Positions 20,203 through 29,858 of a stretch of 64,000 bases of DNA are shown in pieces. The notes below the pieces were generated by a model. It ran no database searches and was not told where the DNA came from. It was given only the letters and a program-made list of their open reading frames with translations. This DNA comes from an uncultured delta proteobacterium (GTDB taxonomy: Bacteria; Desulfobacterota; Binatia; Binatales; Binataceae). Each line of letters begins with the position of its first letter. The stretch's first letter is position 1. Where the stretch lies: contig CAVQEQ010000001.1 of NCBI GenBank assembly GCA_963711565.1, forward strand, positions 416,001 to 480,000, given 5' to 3'. Position numbers and translations under genes: made by a program.

Positions 20203-21975
20203 CTAGCGCGCAGTCAGCCGATAGACCGCGACCGCGTCGTTCTGTGACACCGCTTCAATCGCGAACTTCCTCTGCAACTGATCGAGTTCGCTCTTCAACA
20301 CGTCCGCGTAATCCTGCGACTCGGGCGCGGCGATCAGCAGAAAGACCGGCGTCTTCGCGTCAATCGCCGATGCGAGCGAGTCCGCTGCTGCCGGTGACAT
20401 CTGATCGCCGTCGAACACTACCGGCGGCACCGGCCCGTTCCATCCCGCCGCGCGCTTCTCGTAGAGGCGATGCAGATGGTAGTCGGTGAAGCGCTCGCCG
20501 GGGTCGAGCGAGTTCAATCCCACCAAGCGGCGCTCTTCGCCCAGGTACAGGTCGAGAAATTGCAGCGAGACGTTGCTAACGATGGTCGCGTCGCGCGGCA
20601 CTGCGGAATCCAGCGACCCCAGCGCTTCAACCATCGCGGAGGACGCGGGCTGGGCGCTCAATCGCACGGCCGCTTCCGAAGCCAGCGACACGATCAGCAG
20701 CAGATCCAGTACGATCACTCCAGCCGCTGCGGCCAACCTACCGGCGCTTCGATTTTGGTCACGCAGCACGTCGCGCATCCATCGATTCGCGATCGCACCC
20801 CCCGCACCCGCCGCAATGAACAGCACAAACGCGCCGGGCAATATGAACGCCACGTCGGTGAACAGGTAAAAGCAGTAGAGCCCGGTCAGCGCGGCGAGGT
20901 ATCCGAGCCCGAACCACATCAGGCGCCGCGCCGCTGTTCTACCGGGCGTGCGAAGGATCGCGATGAACCCGAGAATCGCGAATAGCGCGGCCGCGAACGG
21001 GTAGAGGAAGTAGCGGGGGTTGCCGCGGTCGCCGAGCATCCCATCGAGCCCGAGCAGCGTCGTGAGATACACGATCACATTGCCGTGCGGATTTCGCGGC
21101 ATCGTAGGACCGAACAGGTACGCGATGCTGAATGTCCTCCCGCCCGCGCCATATACTTCGGGAACCCACCACGCGTAACCGCTTGCAAACGCGCTGCCGA
21201 GGTTGATCGAGTTCTGATGCAACTGCCAGATGACCGGGATCGCAAAACCGATTGCTATTGCGATTGCCGCTTTGAGCAGGCTGGAGAGATCGCGCTTCTC
21301 CAGCGGTACCATCAGTATGCACACTGCTAGGCCACCAAGGATGACGGCGTTGGTCGGGCGCATGATCGTCGAGAACCCGGCGAACAGACCGAAGATCAAC
21401 CATGCCAGCGCCCCTTTAGCGATCGTTAATTTGGGCTCTTTGCTTGAAGCCGCTTCTCGTAGTGCCCACGCGGCATAAATCGTGACGCAGAACGTGGGTA
21501 CATCGCTCATCACGAGCGATGAGTACGTGAGGAATACGGGCGAGAGCGCGACCAAAAGCGCTGCAATCAGGCCGGCTGCGCGCCCGAAGAGGCCTCGAGC
21601 CAGCCAGAACACGCCGAAGACCGAGACCATTCCGAGAGCCGTCGATAGCAAGAAGGGTGGATCTCGTGTGACAGAGCCATGACGCAAGAATTCCAGAATC
21701 AGCGGGTAGCCGGCGGTATAGCGCGACGGGTAAGTATATCCACCGAAATGCAGCACCGCACCGCGACCAGCCGCAAGGTTCACCGCCGACGCGGCGTACT
21801 CGAGTCCGTCGGGCCACGGCATCAACTCGAGTCCGCGTTGCGAGCCGCCAGATCTAACCATCGCCATCACGAGCGACTCGATAGCGATGAGGATCACCCA
21901 TTCGACGATGCTCGGTATCTCGGTAACGCCCGAAGGGAACGCGGGGGGCGCCTTCGATGACTTCGCGCGGCTCAT
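20203..21975 (-). CDS. GT-C fold membrane glycosyltransferase (ArnT/PMT-like)
   Basis: PDGLEY, GYPLIL, ALLVALSPVFLTYSSLVMSDVP, RPTN, many TM helices. Confidence 0.78.
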   Translation of the reverse strand: MSRAKSSKAPPAFPSGVTEIPSIVEWVILIAIESLVMAMVRSGGSQRGLELMPWPDGLEYAASAVNLAAGRGAVLHFGGYTYPSRYTAGYPLILEFLRHGSVTRDPPFLLSTALGMVSVFGVFWLARGLFGRAAGLIAALLVALSPVFLTYSSLVMSDVPTFCVTIYAAWALREAASSKEPKLTIAKGALAWLIFGLFAGFSTIMRPTNAVILGGLAVCILMVPLEKRDLSSLLKAAIAIAIGFAIPVIWQLHQNSINLGSAFASGYAWWVPEVYGAGGRTFSIAYLFGPTMPRNPHGNVIVYLTTLLGLDGMLGDRGNPRYFLYPFAAALFAILGFIAILRTPGRTAARRLMWFGLGYLAALTGLYCFYLFTDVAFILPGAFVLFIAAGAGGAIANRWMRDVLRDQNRSAGRLAAAAGVIVLDLLLIVSLASEAAVRLSAQPASSAMVEALGSLDSAVPRDATIVSNVSLQFLDLYLGEERRLVGLNSLDPGERFTDYHLHRLYEKRAAGWNGPVPPVVFDGDQMSPAAADSLASAIDAKTPVFLLIAAPESQDYADVLKSELDQLQRKFAIEAVSQNDAVAVYRLTAR

Positions 21976-23540
21976 CGCGGCGCGTCTCCGCTAGCGCTGC
22001 CAGCACTGACGCCGCGCGCATTGGCGCGTGGCTCGTCGTCGTGCTGCTTATCCCACGCGTCGTGCGGATGCTCTATCCGGAAGTGTGGCTCGAGGATGAT
22101 TTCTACCTCGAGAGCGCCTGGCTGGTGAGCGTCGGGATGCGCCCGTATGTGGATTTCGTTCAACCGCATATGCCGCTGCTCGAATGGATCGCGGCAGGTT
22201 ACCTCAAGTTGTTCGGCGCAAGCTATCTGTCGATCGAAATTCTGAACGAGGCCGCGATTTTCGCGACCAGCCTCCTCACTTACTCTCTCGCGCGCCGCGT
22301 CGCCGGCCGTCCCGCCGCCATCGCCGCGTCGATTCCATACGCATACAGCTCGATCGTCTTTCGCTACCACGCCTACGAGCGCGAATGCTTCGTCGCGCCG
22401 CTGCTCGTCCTCGGCGCGATCGTCACGCTCGACGACACGATGCCCGCGATGCGCCAGGCCGCGATCCTTGCGGGCATCTTCTTCGTCGCGTGCGCAATCA
22501 AGCTGACCGCGGTGATCGGGTTCCCCGCGATGCTGATTTTCATCGCCGTCGCATACCGCCGAATCTCTGCTGCTATCGTCTCGGGCGTAATCTTCTTACT
22601 CGCACTCGCCGCGTTCAGCGCGTTTCTTTATCGGCTCTACGGCGACGAGTTCCTCTTCCAGACCTTCGTCTTTCATTTTCTGAAAGGGCAGGACGCCGCC
22701 GGCGACAGCGCGACCTATCCGCGCATGATTCTCGACCTGCTCGTGCCGCTGTTCTTCCTGGGATGCTGGCGAATCTTCGCCGACCGCGCCTTCAGCCGCG
22801 GCGTGATTCTCGTGCTCGCGGTCGTCGCTGTCGAGTACGCATTCTACGGCCTGCTGAGTCCAACCGCCTGGGCGCACAACTATCTGGAGGCTCTGCCGTT
22901 CATTGCGATCGTCGCGGGACTCGGCGCGATCGCTCTCATCGAAGCGACTCGTAACGCGGCCCAACAATGGCAATTCCTCGCCGGCGGTGCGGCGCTGATC
23001 CTGATTTGTCTGAGCTGGATCGCGCCGCTCGTCAACGAGAACTGGCTGAATGGCGCCGTCTATGGATTCGGCTTCGTGCCGCGTGCGGAGATCTCGCAGC
23101 TCGCCGACGCGTTGCGCGCCGCCGGCAAACCGGAAGACGACGTAATCGCGCCGTCGTTCATCTGCTTCGAGGCCAACCGCCGCGAATTGATCCGCTATCC
23201 CGAAACCTACGGCGTCTATCGCGAAGCGAAGGCCGAGTACGAGCATGACGGCTTCTTCGCCGCGCGCCGCCGTCTCGGCGCGATCGACTTTTTGCAGTTA
23301 ATCGCCGACACGCGCCACTTCTGGACCGACCAGATGCGCGACGCGATCGCCGGCGGAAAAGTCTCGGCCGTCATCAGCGACTCGCCGATTCAATTGCCGC
23401 CGCTGGTGCTGGTTCCCGAAGACTTCCTGTCCAGCAACGGCTTCCGCCCCACGCTGACGACCGACCACTTCACGCTCTGGACGCGAACCCGGCGCCGGCA
23501 ACGAACGCCCAGCCAAAGCTCCCCCAATGACGCTAACTGA
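21957..23540 (+). CDS. GT-C fold membrane glycosyltransferase-like protein
   Basis: EDDFYL...GMRPYVDFVQPHMPL, AIKLT, multiple TM helices. Confidence 0.75.
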   Translation: MTSRGSSRRVSASAASTDAARIGAWLVVVLLIPRVVRMLYPEVWLEDDFYLESAWLVSVGMRPYVDFVQPHMPLLEWIAAGYLKLFGASYLSIEILNEAAIFATSLLTYSLARRVAGRPAAIAASIPYAYSSIVFRYHAYERECFVAPLLVLGAIVTLDDTMPAMRQAAILAGIFFVACAIKLTAVIGFPAMLIFIAVAYRRISAAIVSGVIFLLALAAFSAFLYRLYGDEFLFQTFVFHFLKGQDAAGDSATYPRMILDLLVPLFFLGCWRIFADRAFSRGVILVLAVVAVEYAFYGLLSPTAWAHNYLEALPFIAIVAGLGAIALIEATRNAAQQWQFLAGGAALILICLSWIAPLVNENWLNGAVYGFGFVPRAEISQLADALRAAGKPEDDVIAPSFICFEANRRELIRYPETYGVYREAKAEYEHDGFFAARRRLGAIDFLQLIADTRHFWTDQMRDAIAGGKVSAVISDSPIQLPPLVLVPEDFLSSNGFRPTLTTDHFTLWTRTRRRQRTPSQSSPNDAN

Positions 23541-24546
23541 GAAGACTGCGCGGTCGATCGAACGCGTGCTGGTAATCTTTCCCGGCGCGCTTGGCGATCT
23601 CTTGTGCCTGATGCCGGCGCTGGCGGTGATTGCGCAACGTCATCCGGGCGCGTCGATCGAGCTGATGGCGCGATTCGAGCTGGCGCGGCTCGCCGCTGGG
23701 AGGACCGTCGTCGCGCGCGCGCACTCGATCGATGCTCGCGAAGTGGGTGCGTTGTTCTCCGACGACCCTTCAGATGGCGCGCGCCGATTCTTCGCGGAGT
23801 TCGATCGTATCTACTCGTTCTTCGCGTCGGACGACGCGCGGTTTCGCGCGCGATTGGCGGCGGCGACCGATGCCGTCGTCTCGTTTCATCCGTTCCGTCC
23901 GGGCGGCGACGGCCACGTGTCGGCGGGGTACTTGAGGACGGTTGACGCGGACGCTTCGCAGGTGGTTACGCGGCTCGAACCGACCGCCGATGACCTTGCG
24001 GCGGCCTCGCGGGTGCTGGCGGAAGCGAAATGCGATGCGGCCGGGCTGGTCGTCATTTTTCCCGGCAGTGGAAGTCCCGCCAAGAATTGGCAGGCGCATA
24101 AATTCGCGGAGCTTGCGGCGATGCTGGCGAAAGGATCCGGGATTCTTCGCTCCGCAGACTCCGCTCTGAATGACAAAGAGGATGGTCAGAAGGACAAAGA
24201 ATATTCATGCGTGGTCGCGCTTGGGCCGGCTGAAGCGGCGATCGAACCTGTCTTTCGCGAGGCCAGCATCCCCGTCCTGAAGGATCTCGATTTGCCGACC
24301 GTCGCCGCCGTCGCGCGCCTGGCGTCGGCCTTCGTCGGCAATGATTCGGGCGTGGCGCATCTTGCAGCGGCGGTCGGCACGCCCGGCGTGGCGATCTTCG
24401 GGCCTACCGATCCCGCGCGATGGCGTCCGCTTGGCCCGGGCGGGGGCGCACAGATAACCATTCTCAGGCGCGATCTCATCGATTCTATCGAGCCGCGCGA
24501 GGTCGCCGGCGCTCTGTCGAAATTTGTGGAGCGGCGTCAAAGATAA
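23527..24546 (+). CDS. Glycosyltransferase family 9 (heptosyltransferase-like) with an in-frame repeat insertion
   Basis: PGALGDL, FPGSGSPAKNW, FVGNDSGVAHLAAAVGTP, IFGPTDP. Confidence 0.9.
   Translation: MTLTEKTARSIERVLVIFPGALGDLLCLMPALAVIAQRHPGASIELMARFELARLAAGRTVVARAHSIDAREVGALFSDDPSDGARRFFAEFDRIYSFFASDDARFRARLAAATDAVVSFHPFRPGGDGHVSAGYLRTVDADASQVVTRLEPTADDLAAASRVLAEAKCDAAGLVVIFPGSGSPAKNWQAHKFAELAAMLAKGSGILRSADSALNDKEDGQKDKEYSCVVALGPAEAAIEPVFREASIPVLKDLDLPTVAAVARLASAFVGNDSGVAHLAAAVGTPGVAIFGPTDPARWRPLGPGGGAQITILRRDLIDSIEPREVAGALSKFVERRQR
24136..24175 (-). repeat. Family A repeat inside the GT9 coding sequence
   Basis: TCCGGGATTCTTCGCTCCGCAGACTCCGCTCTGAATGACA, close to the reverse complement of 1953-1988. 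Confidence 0.85.
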
Positions 24547-24609
24547 TAGACTGTAGGCCGTGAATCGTCGGACAACATCCGTAAGTCGCGCGCGAACGAA
24601 AAGAGGACT

Positions 24610-25470
24610 ATGAGCTTCTTCAAAACGACGCTGCTGCTGGGGTTGATGACGGTGCTGTTGATGCTGATCGGCGGGCTGCTTGGAGGCCGGCACGGCGTCG
24701 CGATCTTTTTCGTGATCGCCGCGGTGATTAACTTCTTCAGCTACTGGTTCTCCGACAAGATCGTCCTCAAGGCATACGGCGCCCAGGAACTCGACGCGTC
24801 GTCCGCACCCGAGCTCTACTCGATCGTCAACGAACTTGCGCATTCGGCGGGAATCCCGATGCCGCGCCTCTACCTAATCGATTCCGACACGCCCAACGCC
24901 TTTGCGACCGGCCGCAACACGCATCATGCCGCAGTCGCCGTGACGAAAGGCATCATGCGAATCTGTACGCGCGAGGAGTTGAAGGGCGTCATCGGCCATG
25001 AACTCTCGCACGTTACCAATCACGATATTCTGACCAGCTCGATCGCGGCCACGCTCGCGAGCGCGGTGATGATGATCGGCACGATGATTCGATGGGGCGC
25101 GATTTTCGGGCTTGGCGGCCGCGACGACGAGGGTGAAGGCGGCATCGCGGGACTGCTGATCGCGGGCATCCTCGCGCCGATCGCGGCGACGCTCATTCAG
25201 CTCGCGATCTCGCGCACGCGCGAGTACCAGGCCGACGCGAGCGGCGCCAAGCTGACGCATAATCCCATGTACCTGGCCAGCGCACTGCGCAAGCTCGAAG
25301 CCGCCAACGAGCGGATGCCGCTGGACGCCAGCCCGGCGACGGCGCACATGTTTATCGTGAACCCGCTGAGCGCGGCAGGAATCTCGCGGCTGTTCTCGAC
25401 GCATCCGCCAATCGAGGAACGAATCCATCGCCTCGAACAGATGCAAGCCGGGCAGATTGGACAAGGATGA
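24610..25470 (+). CDS. htpX: Zinc metalloprotease HtpX
   Basis: PNAFATGRN, HELSH, ISRTREYQAD, FSTHPPIEERI. Confidence 0.96.
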   Translation: MSFFKTTLLLGLMTVLLMLIGGLLGGRHGVAIFFVIAAVINFFSYWFSDKIVLKAYGAQELDASSAPELYSIVNELAHSAGIPMPRLYLIDSDTPNAFATGRNTHHAAVAVTKGIMRICTREELKGVIGHELSHVTNHDILTSSIAATLASAVMMIGTMIRWGAIFGLGGRDDEGEGGIAGLLIAGILAPIAATLIQLAISRTREYQADASGAKLTHNPMYLASALRKLEAANERMPLDASPATAHMFIVNPLSAAGISRLFSTHPPIEERIHRLEQMQAGQIGQG

Positions 25471-25949
25471 CGGTGGCATCGATGGAAGAACAGGACGACA
25501 AGCGCGGATTCAAAGTTCAGGACCGCCGGCGCTTTTCCGCCGAAGGCGAGACCAAGGAAGGCGGCGACGCTCCTTCGGAGAGCAGTGAGCCGCTCAAGAT
25601 AAAGTCCAAACCCGCCGCGCCCGCGCCGGAGGCGACAAAGCCGCAAGCGTCCGCCGAGCATCCCGCGGCGAGCCATCAATCCAGCGAGCCGCCGCCCGAG
25701 CTGACCTTTGCGGCATTTCTATGGAGCCTGTCGGAGCAGGCGCTGGCGGCACTCGGCGAAGTGCCCGACCCGATGAGCGGCAAGTCGATGCGCGATCTGA
25801 CGATGGCGCAGCAGATGATCGATATCATCATAATGTTGCGCGACAAGACGCGCGGCAATCTCGACGCGCAGGAGCAGGCGATGCTGAAGGAGATTCTTTC
25901 CGGCCTGCAAATGAAGTACGTTGAATTGGCGAGGCAGCCGGCACGTTGA
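25467..25949 (+). CDS. DUF1844-like protein
   Basis: FKVQDRRRF...ALGEVPDP...IDIIIMLRDKTRGNL...LQMKYV. Confidence 0.8.
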   Translation: MTVASMEEQDDKRGFKVQDRRRFSAEGETKEGGDAPSESSEPLKIKSKPAAPAPEATKPQASAEHPAASHQSSEPPPELTFAAFLWSLSEQALAALGEVPDPMSGKSMRDLTMAQQMIDIIIMLRDKTRGNLDAQEQAMLKEILSGLQMKYVELARQPAR

Positions 25950-25973
25950 ACGGCCGTCTTTGTTTAATCACAC

Positions 25974-27464
25974 ATGACGAATAAGTGGTTTCGACCTATC
26001 GCCTTTGCGGGCGTCGCGATCTTCGCGGCGACCCTCATTCTGACGACCTCTCGAATTCAGGCCCGTGCGGCGGATTCCGCGCCCGCTCGCTTCTGGAGCG
26101 AACTGCCCGACGGCGCACAGGCCGCGAAAGCCCAGTCGATGCCGGACTTCGTCGATCTTGCCGCGAAGCTCAGCCCGGCTGTGGTGAACATCTCGACCGA
26201 TGAGGCCGACGAGCCAGCGGAAGGCGCCGAGCCACCCGAAGATGCTCCGAATCCTCTCGACCCGCACTCGCAAGGCCCACTGGAACAGTTCGGCGTCGAG
26301 CCCCATTCCAAGGCGCTCGGCTCCGGCTTTATCATCACCAAAGACGGCTACATCTTGACCAACCAGCACGTCGTCGATAGTCCGGGCAAAGTTACGGTGA
26401 CCACGCAGGACGGCCACAATTACACCGCGAAGATCATCGGACACGACGAAAAGAGCGACATCGCGCTGCTGAAGATCGACGCGAAGCATGACCTGGCAGT
26501 CGCGCCGCTGGGCGACTCGAGCGACTTGAGGGTCGGCGAGTGGGTGATGGCAATTGGCAATCCGTTCGGCTTCGATCATACGGTGACGGCCGGAATCGTC
26601 AGCGCCAAGGGACGCTTCATCCCCGGCAACTACGAGGACTTCATTCAGACTGACGCGTCGATCAATCCCGGCAACTCGGGCGGACCGTTGATCGATTTGC
26701 GCGGCAACGTGATCGGCGTCAATTGCGCGATCTACACGCATACCGGGCAGAGCATGGGAATCGGCTTTGCAGTACCGATCGACCTGGTCAAGGAAGAGCT
26801 GCCGCAACTCAAGACCTCAGGCAAAGTCGTGCGCGGATGGCTTGGCGTGTACATCCAGAAGGTTACGCCCGAGCTGGCGGATTCGCTCGGCCTGGCGGAC
26901 TCGCGTGGTGCGCTGGTTGCCAAGGTGCTCGACGATGGGCCGGCCAAGGCGGCGGGCGTCAAGCGCGGCGACGTAATCGTCGCGTTCGACAAGCAACCGG
27001 TCGATGACTCGCGCGAATTGCCGCTGCTGGTGGGCCGCAGCGACCTTGGGCATAAAGGCGTGCTCACTGTGATTCGCGACAAACAGACGATCGAACTGCC
27101 CGTCACGATCACACAGTCGCGCGAGCCCGAGATAGTAGCGGCTGAGGAAAAATCGGAGAAGCCCGACCCCGGCGCCGTCTCGCCGTTCGGCCTTCACGTC
27201 AAGGATCTGAGTCCCGACCTCGCCAAGGAACTGGGCCTCGACACACCCGGCGGCGTCGAGATTGCCTTGGTGCAGCCCGGCAGCGCCGGCGACGAGGCGG
27301 GGCTGCGCTCGCGCGACGTGATCCTCGAAGTCAATCGCGCGGCCGTCAAGGATGTGGACGCATATCAAGCCGCGCTGAAGAAGAGCGCCAAGGGCAAGAT
27401 AGTCCTGCTGTTGGTCAAGCGCGGCGAGAATACGATCTATGTCACCGTCAAGCCGGAGGCCTGA
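25974..27464 (+). CDS. degP: HtrA/DegP (Do family) serine protease with two PDZ domains
   Basis: Catalytic triad motifs TNQHVV, DIALLKI, INPGNSGGPL. Confidence 0.93.
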   Translation: MTNKWFRPIAFAGVAIFAATLILTTSRIQARAADSAPARFWSELPDGAQAAKAQSMPDFVDLAAKLSPAVVNISTDEADEPAEGAEPPEDAPNPLDPHSQGPLEQFGVEPHSKALGSGFIITKDGYILTNQHVVDSPGKVTVTTQDGHNYTAKIIGHDEKSDIALLKIDAKHDLAVAPLGDSSDLRVGEWVMAIGNPFGFDHTVTAGIVSAKGRFIPGNYEDFIQTDASINPGNSGGPLIDLRGNVIGVNCAIYTHTGQSMGIGFAVPIDLVKEELPQLKTSGKVVRGWLGVYIQKVTPELADSLGLADSRGALVAKVLDDGPAKAAGVKRGDVIVAFDKQPVDDSRELPLLVGRSDLGHKGVLTVIRDKQTIELPVTITQSREPEIVAAEEKSEKPDPGAVSPFGLHVKDLSPDLAKELGLDTPGGVEIALVQPGSAGDEAGLRSRDVILEVNRAAVKDVDAYQAALKKSAKGKIVLLLVKRGENTIYVTVKPEA

Positions 27465-27482
27465 GCAGGGGACGTACTCCCG

Positions 27483-29849
27483 ATGTCCCCACGACGAATT
27501 CTGAAATTCGCGCTGATCGGCGTCGGCGCGCTGATCCTGTTCGCCGTGCCGCCGACTTTGTGGCTGTTCTCCAGCTACTACCATCAGCTCGAAAATGAAG
27601 TGGTCGCGCGCTTCTCGGGCAAGCGCTGGAACATTCCGTCGCGCATTTACTCCGACTCGGTGCTCATCTACCCAGGCCAGGATCTGAACGACCTCGGGTT
27701 TTTCGAGCGTCTCGCGCGCCTGAATTACCATCCCGTCGATCCGGGCAAAATTGCCAGCCGCGGGGAGTATAGCTACGACAAGAAGCGCGGCAAGCTCGAA
27801 ATCTTTCTGCACAGCTTCGCGTATCCGTACGGCAACTTCGGCGGCGAATTCGTCGAGTTGAATCTCAAGGGAGATACGATCGATTCGATGAGCGATCCGG
27901 TGACGCATAAACCGATCTTTTCGATCGAGCTCGAGCCCGAACTCATCAGCGGCATCTTCGAGGGCGAATGGGAGCAGCGCCGGCTAGTGCGTCTCAGCCA
28001 GATTCCGCCCACGATGATCAACGCGATCCTGGCCGCCGAGGATCACCGCTTCTACGAGCATCACGGCGTCAACATAGTCCGCACCATCAAGGCGGCATAC
28101 ATCGATTTCACCTCTGGACACGTGCGCCAGGGCGGCTCGACTCTCACCCAGCAGCTGATGAAGAATTTTTTTCTGACGCGCGAGCGCAGTTACAAGCGCA
28201 AGCTCAAGGAAGCGATGATGGCATACATCGCGGAGCGCGATTACTCGAAGGACGAGATCCTCGAGAACTATATTAACGATATCTACCTTGGCCAGCGTGG
28301 AGAGGAAGGCATATACGGCGTCTGGGAAGCGAGTGAGTACTACTTCTCGAAGGAGCCGCGCGATCTGACTATTGGCGAAATGGCTACCATCGCCGGGCTG
28401 ATCAGTTCGCCCAACCGGCTCAATCCGCTACATCATCCCGACGCCGCGCGTCCGCGACGCGACGAGGTGCTCGCGTCGATGCTCGAGGACGGCTACATCG
28501 ACAAGAGCGCTTACGACGCCGCCGTGAGCGAGCCGCTACACGCGCGGGAAGTCTATGCCGAGGGCAACGACGCGCCCTACTTCGTCAACTACGTCAAGAA
28601 GGAACTGGCGGAGCGTTACCCGGCGCAAGTGCTGAGCGGCGAAGGTTTGCGCATCTTCACCTCGCTCGACGTGCACCTGGAAAAGCTCGCCGAAGCGTCG
28701 ATCGATCACAATCTCGCGGAGCTCGAAGCCAAGCATCCGAAACTGGCGCGTCGCGAGGCGAGCGAACGCCTCGAGTCATGCCTGGTTGCGCTTGAGCCGC
28801 AGAGCGGCAAGATTCGCGCGATGGCCGGTGGGCGCGATTACCGCTCGAGCCAGTTCAATCGCGTTACTCAGTCCAAACGTCAGCCCGGTTCGGTGTTCAA
28901 GCCGGTTACATACCTGGCGGCTTTCGATGAAACTCTATCGGGTGGCGCGGAGAAGTTTCTGCCGACTACCTATATCGAAGATGCGCCGTTCACCTGGCAG
29001 TACGGCGACATGAGCTGGACGCCGAATAACTATCGCGACAAATTCTTCGGACACGTCACCCTCGAGTTCGCGCTCGGCGAGTCGCTCAACTCCGCGACGG
29101 CGCGGCTCGCGAACAGCGTCGGCCTCGATCGAATCCGCGCGATGGCGTCGAAGCTCGGCTTTGGCGACTTGCCGGCGTATCCGTCGATCGTGCTCGGCGG
29201 AATCGAAGTGTCGCCGATGCAGGTCGCTCGAGCCTATGCAGTGATTGCCAACGACGGAATGGAAATCCAGCCGTATGCGGTGACGGCGGTAGTCGATGAA
29301 AACAACAAAGTGATCGAGGGCCACGAACTCAAGGCGGAACAGGTAATCTCGCCCGAGCTCGCATACATGATGCAGTTCATGCTCGAGAACGTGATCAATC
29401 ACGGTACCGGAGCGGGCGCGCGCACGATGGGTTTCACACGCCCGGCGGCCGGCAAGACGGGAACCACCAACGATGAAAAGGACGCGTGGTTCGCGGGCTT
29501 TACTCCCAATCTGCTTACGGTAGTGTGGACGGGTTTCGATCAAAAGGAAGTGCTGGGGCTGACCGGCGCGCAAGCTTCGCTGCCGGCGTGGACGTCTTTC
29601 ATGAAAGCGGCGACGGCGTCGCGGCCGCCATTGGACTTCACCGCTCCGCCGGGAATCGTCGAGGAAAATGTCGATCCTACGACCGGCTACAAGGCGACGC
29701 CCTACTGCCCGGTGCAGATGATGGGTGTGTACCCCGAAGGGATGGCGCCAACTCAGGACTGCCCGTATCATACTTCACCGACGTCGTTGACGGCCGTGGA
29801 CCACAAGGTACCCGAGGAGCCGAATCCGGTGGCCGACCCCAACGACTAG
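27483..29849 (+). CDS. mrcB: Class A penicillin-binding protein, PBP1B type
   Basis: UB2H-like insert, transglycosylase motifs EDHRFYEH and GGSTLTQQ, transpeptidase motifs SVFK, SLN and KTGT. Confidence 0.9.
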   Translation: MSPRRILKFALIGVGALILFAVPPTLWLFSSYYHQLENEVVARFSGKRWNIPSRIYSDSVLIYPGQDLNDLGFFERLARLNYHPVDPGKIASRGEYSYDKKRGKLEIFLHSFAYPYGNFGGEFVELNLKGDTIDSMSDPVTHKPIFSIELEPELISGIFEGEWEQRRLVRLSQIPPTMINAILAAEDHRFYEHHGVNIVRTIKAAYIDFTSGHVRQGGSTLTQQLMKNFFLTRERSYKRKLKEAMMAYIAERDYSKDEILENYINDIYLGQRGEEGIYGVWEASEYYFSKEPRDLTIGEMATIAGLISSPNRLNPLHHPDAARPRRDEVLASMLEDGYIDKSAYDAAVSEPLHAREVYAEGNDAPYFVNYVKKELAERYPAQVLSGEGLRIFTSLDVHLEKLAEASIDHNLAELEAKHPKLARREASERLESCLVALEPQSGKIRAMAGGRDYRSSQFNRVTQSKRQPGSVFKPVTYLAAFDETLSGGAEKFLPTTYIEDAPFTWQYGDMSWTPNNYRDKFFGHVTLEFALGESLNSATARLANSVGLDRIRAMASKLGFGDLPAYPSIVLGGIEVSPMQVARAYAVIANDGMEIQPYAVTAVVDENNKVIEGHELKAEQVISPELAYMMQFMLENVINHGTGAGARTMGFTRPAAGKTGTTNDEKDAWFAGFTPNLLTVVWTGFDQKEVLGLTGAQASLPAWTSFMKAATASRPPLDFTAPPGIVEENVDPTTGYKATPYCPVQMMGVYPEGMAPTQDCPYHTSPTSLTAVDHKVPEEPNPVADPND

Positions 29850-29858
29850 GTCGCGACG

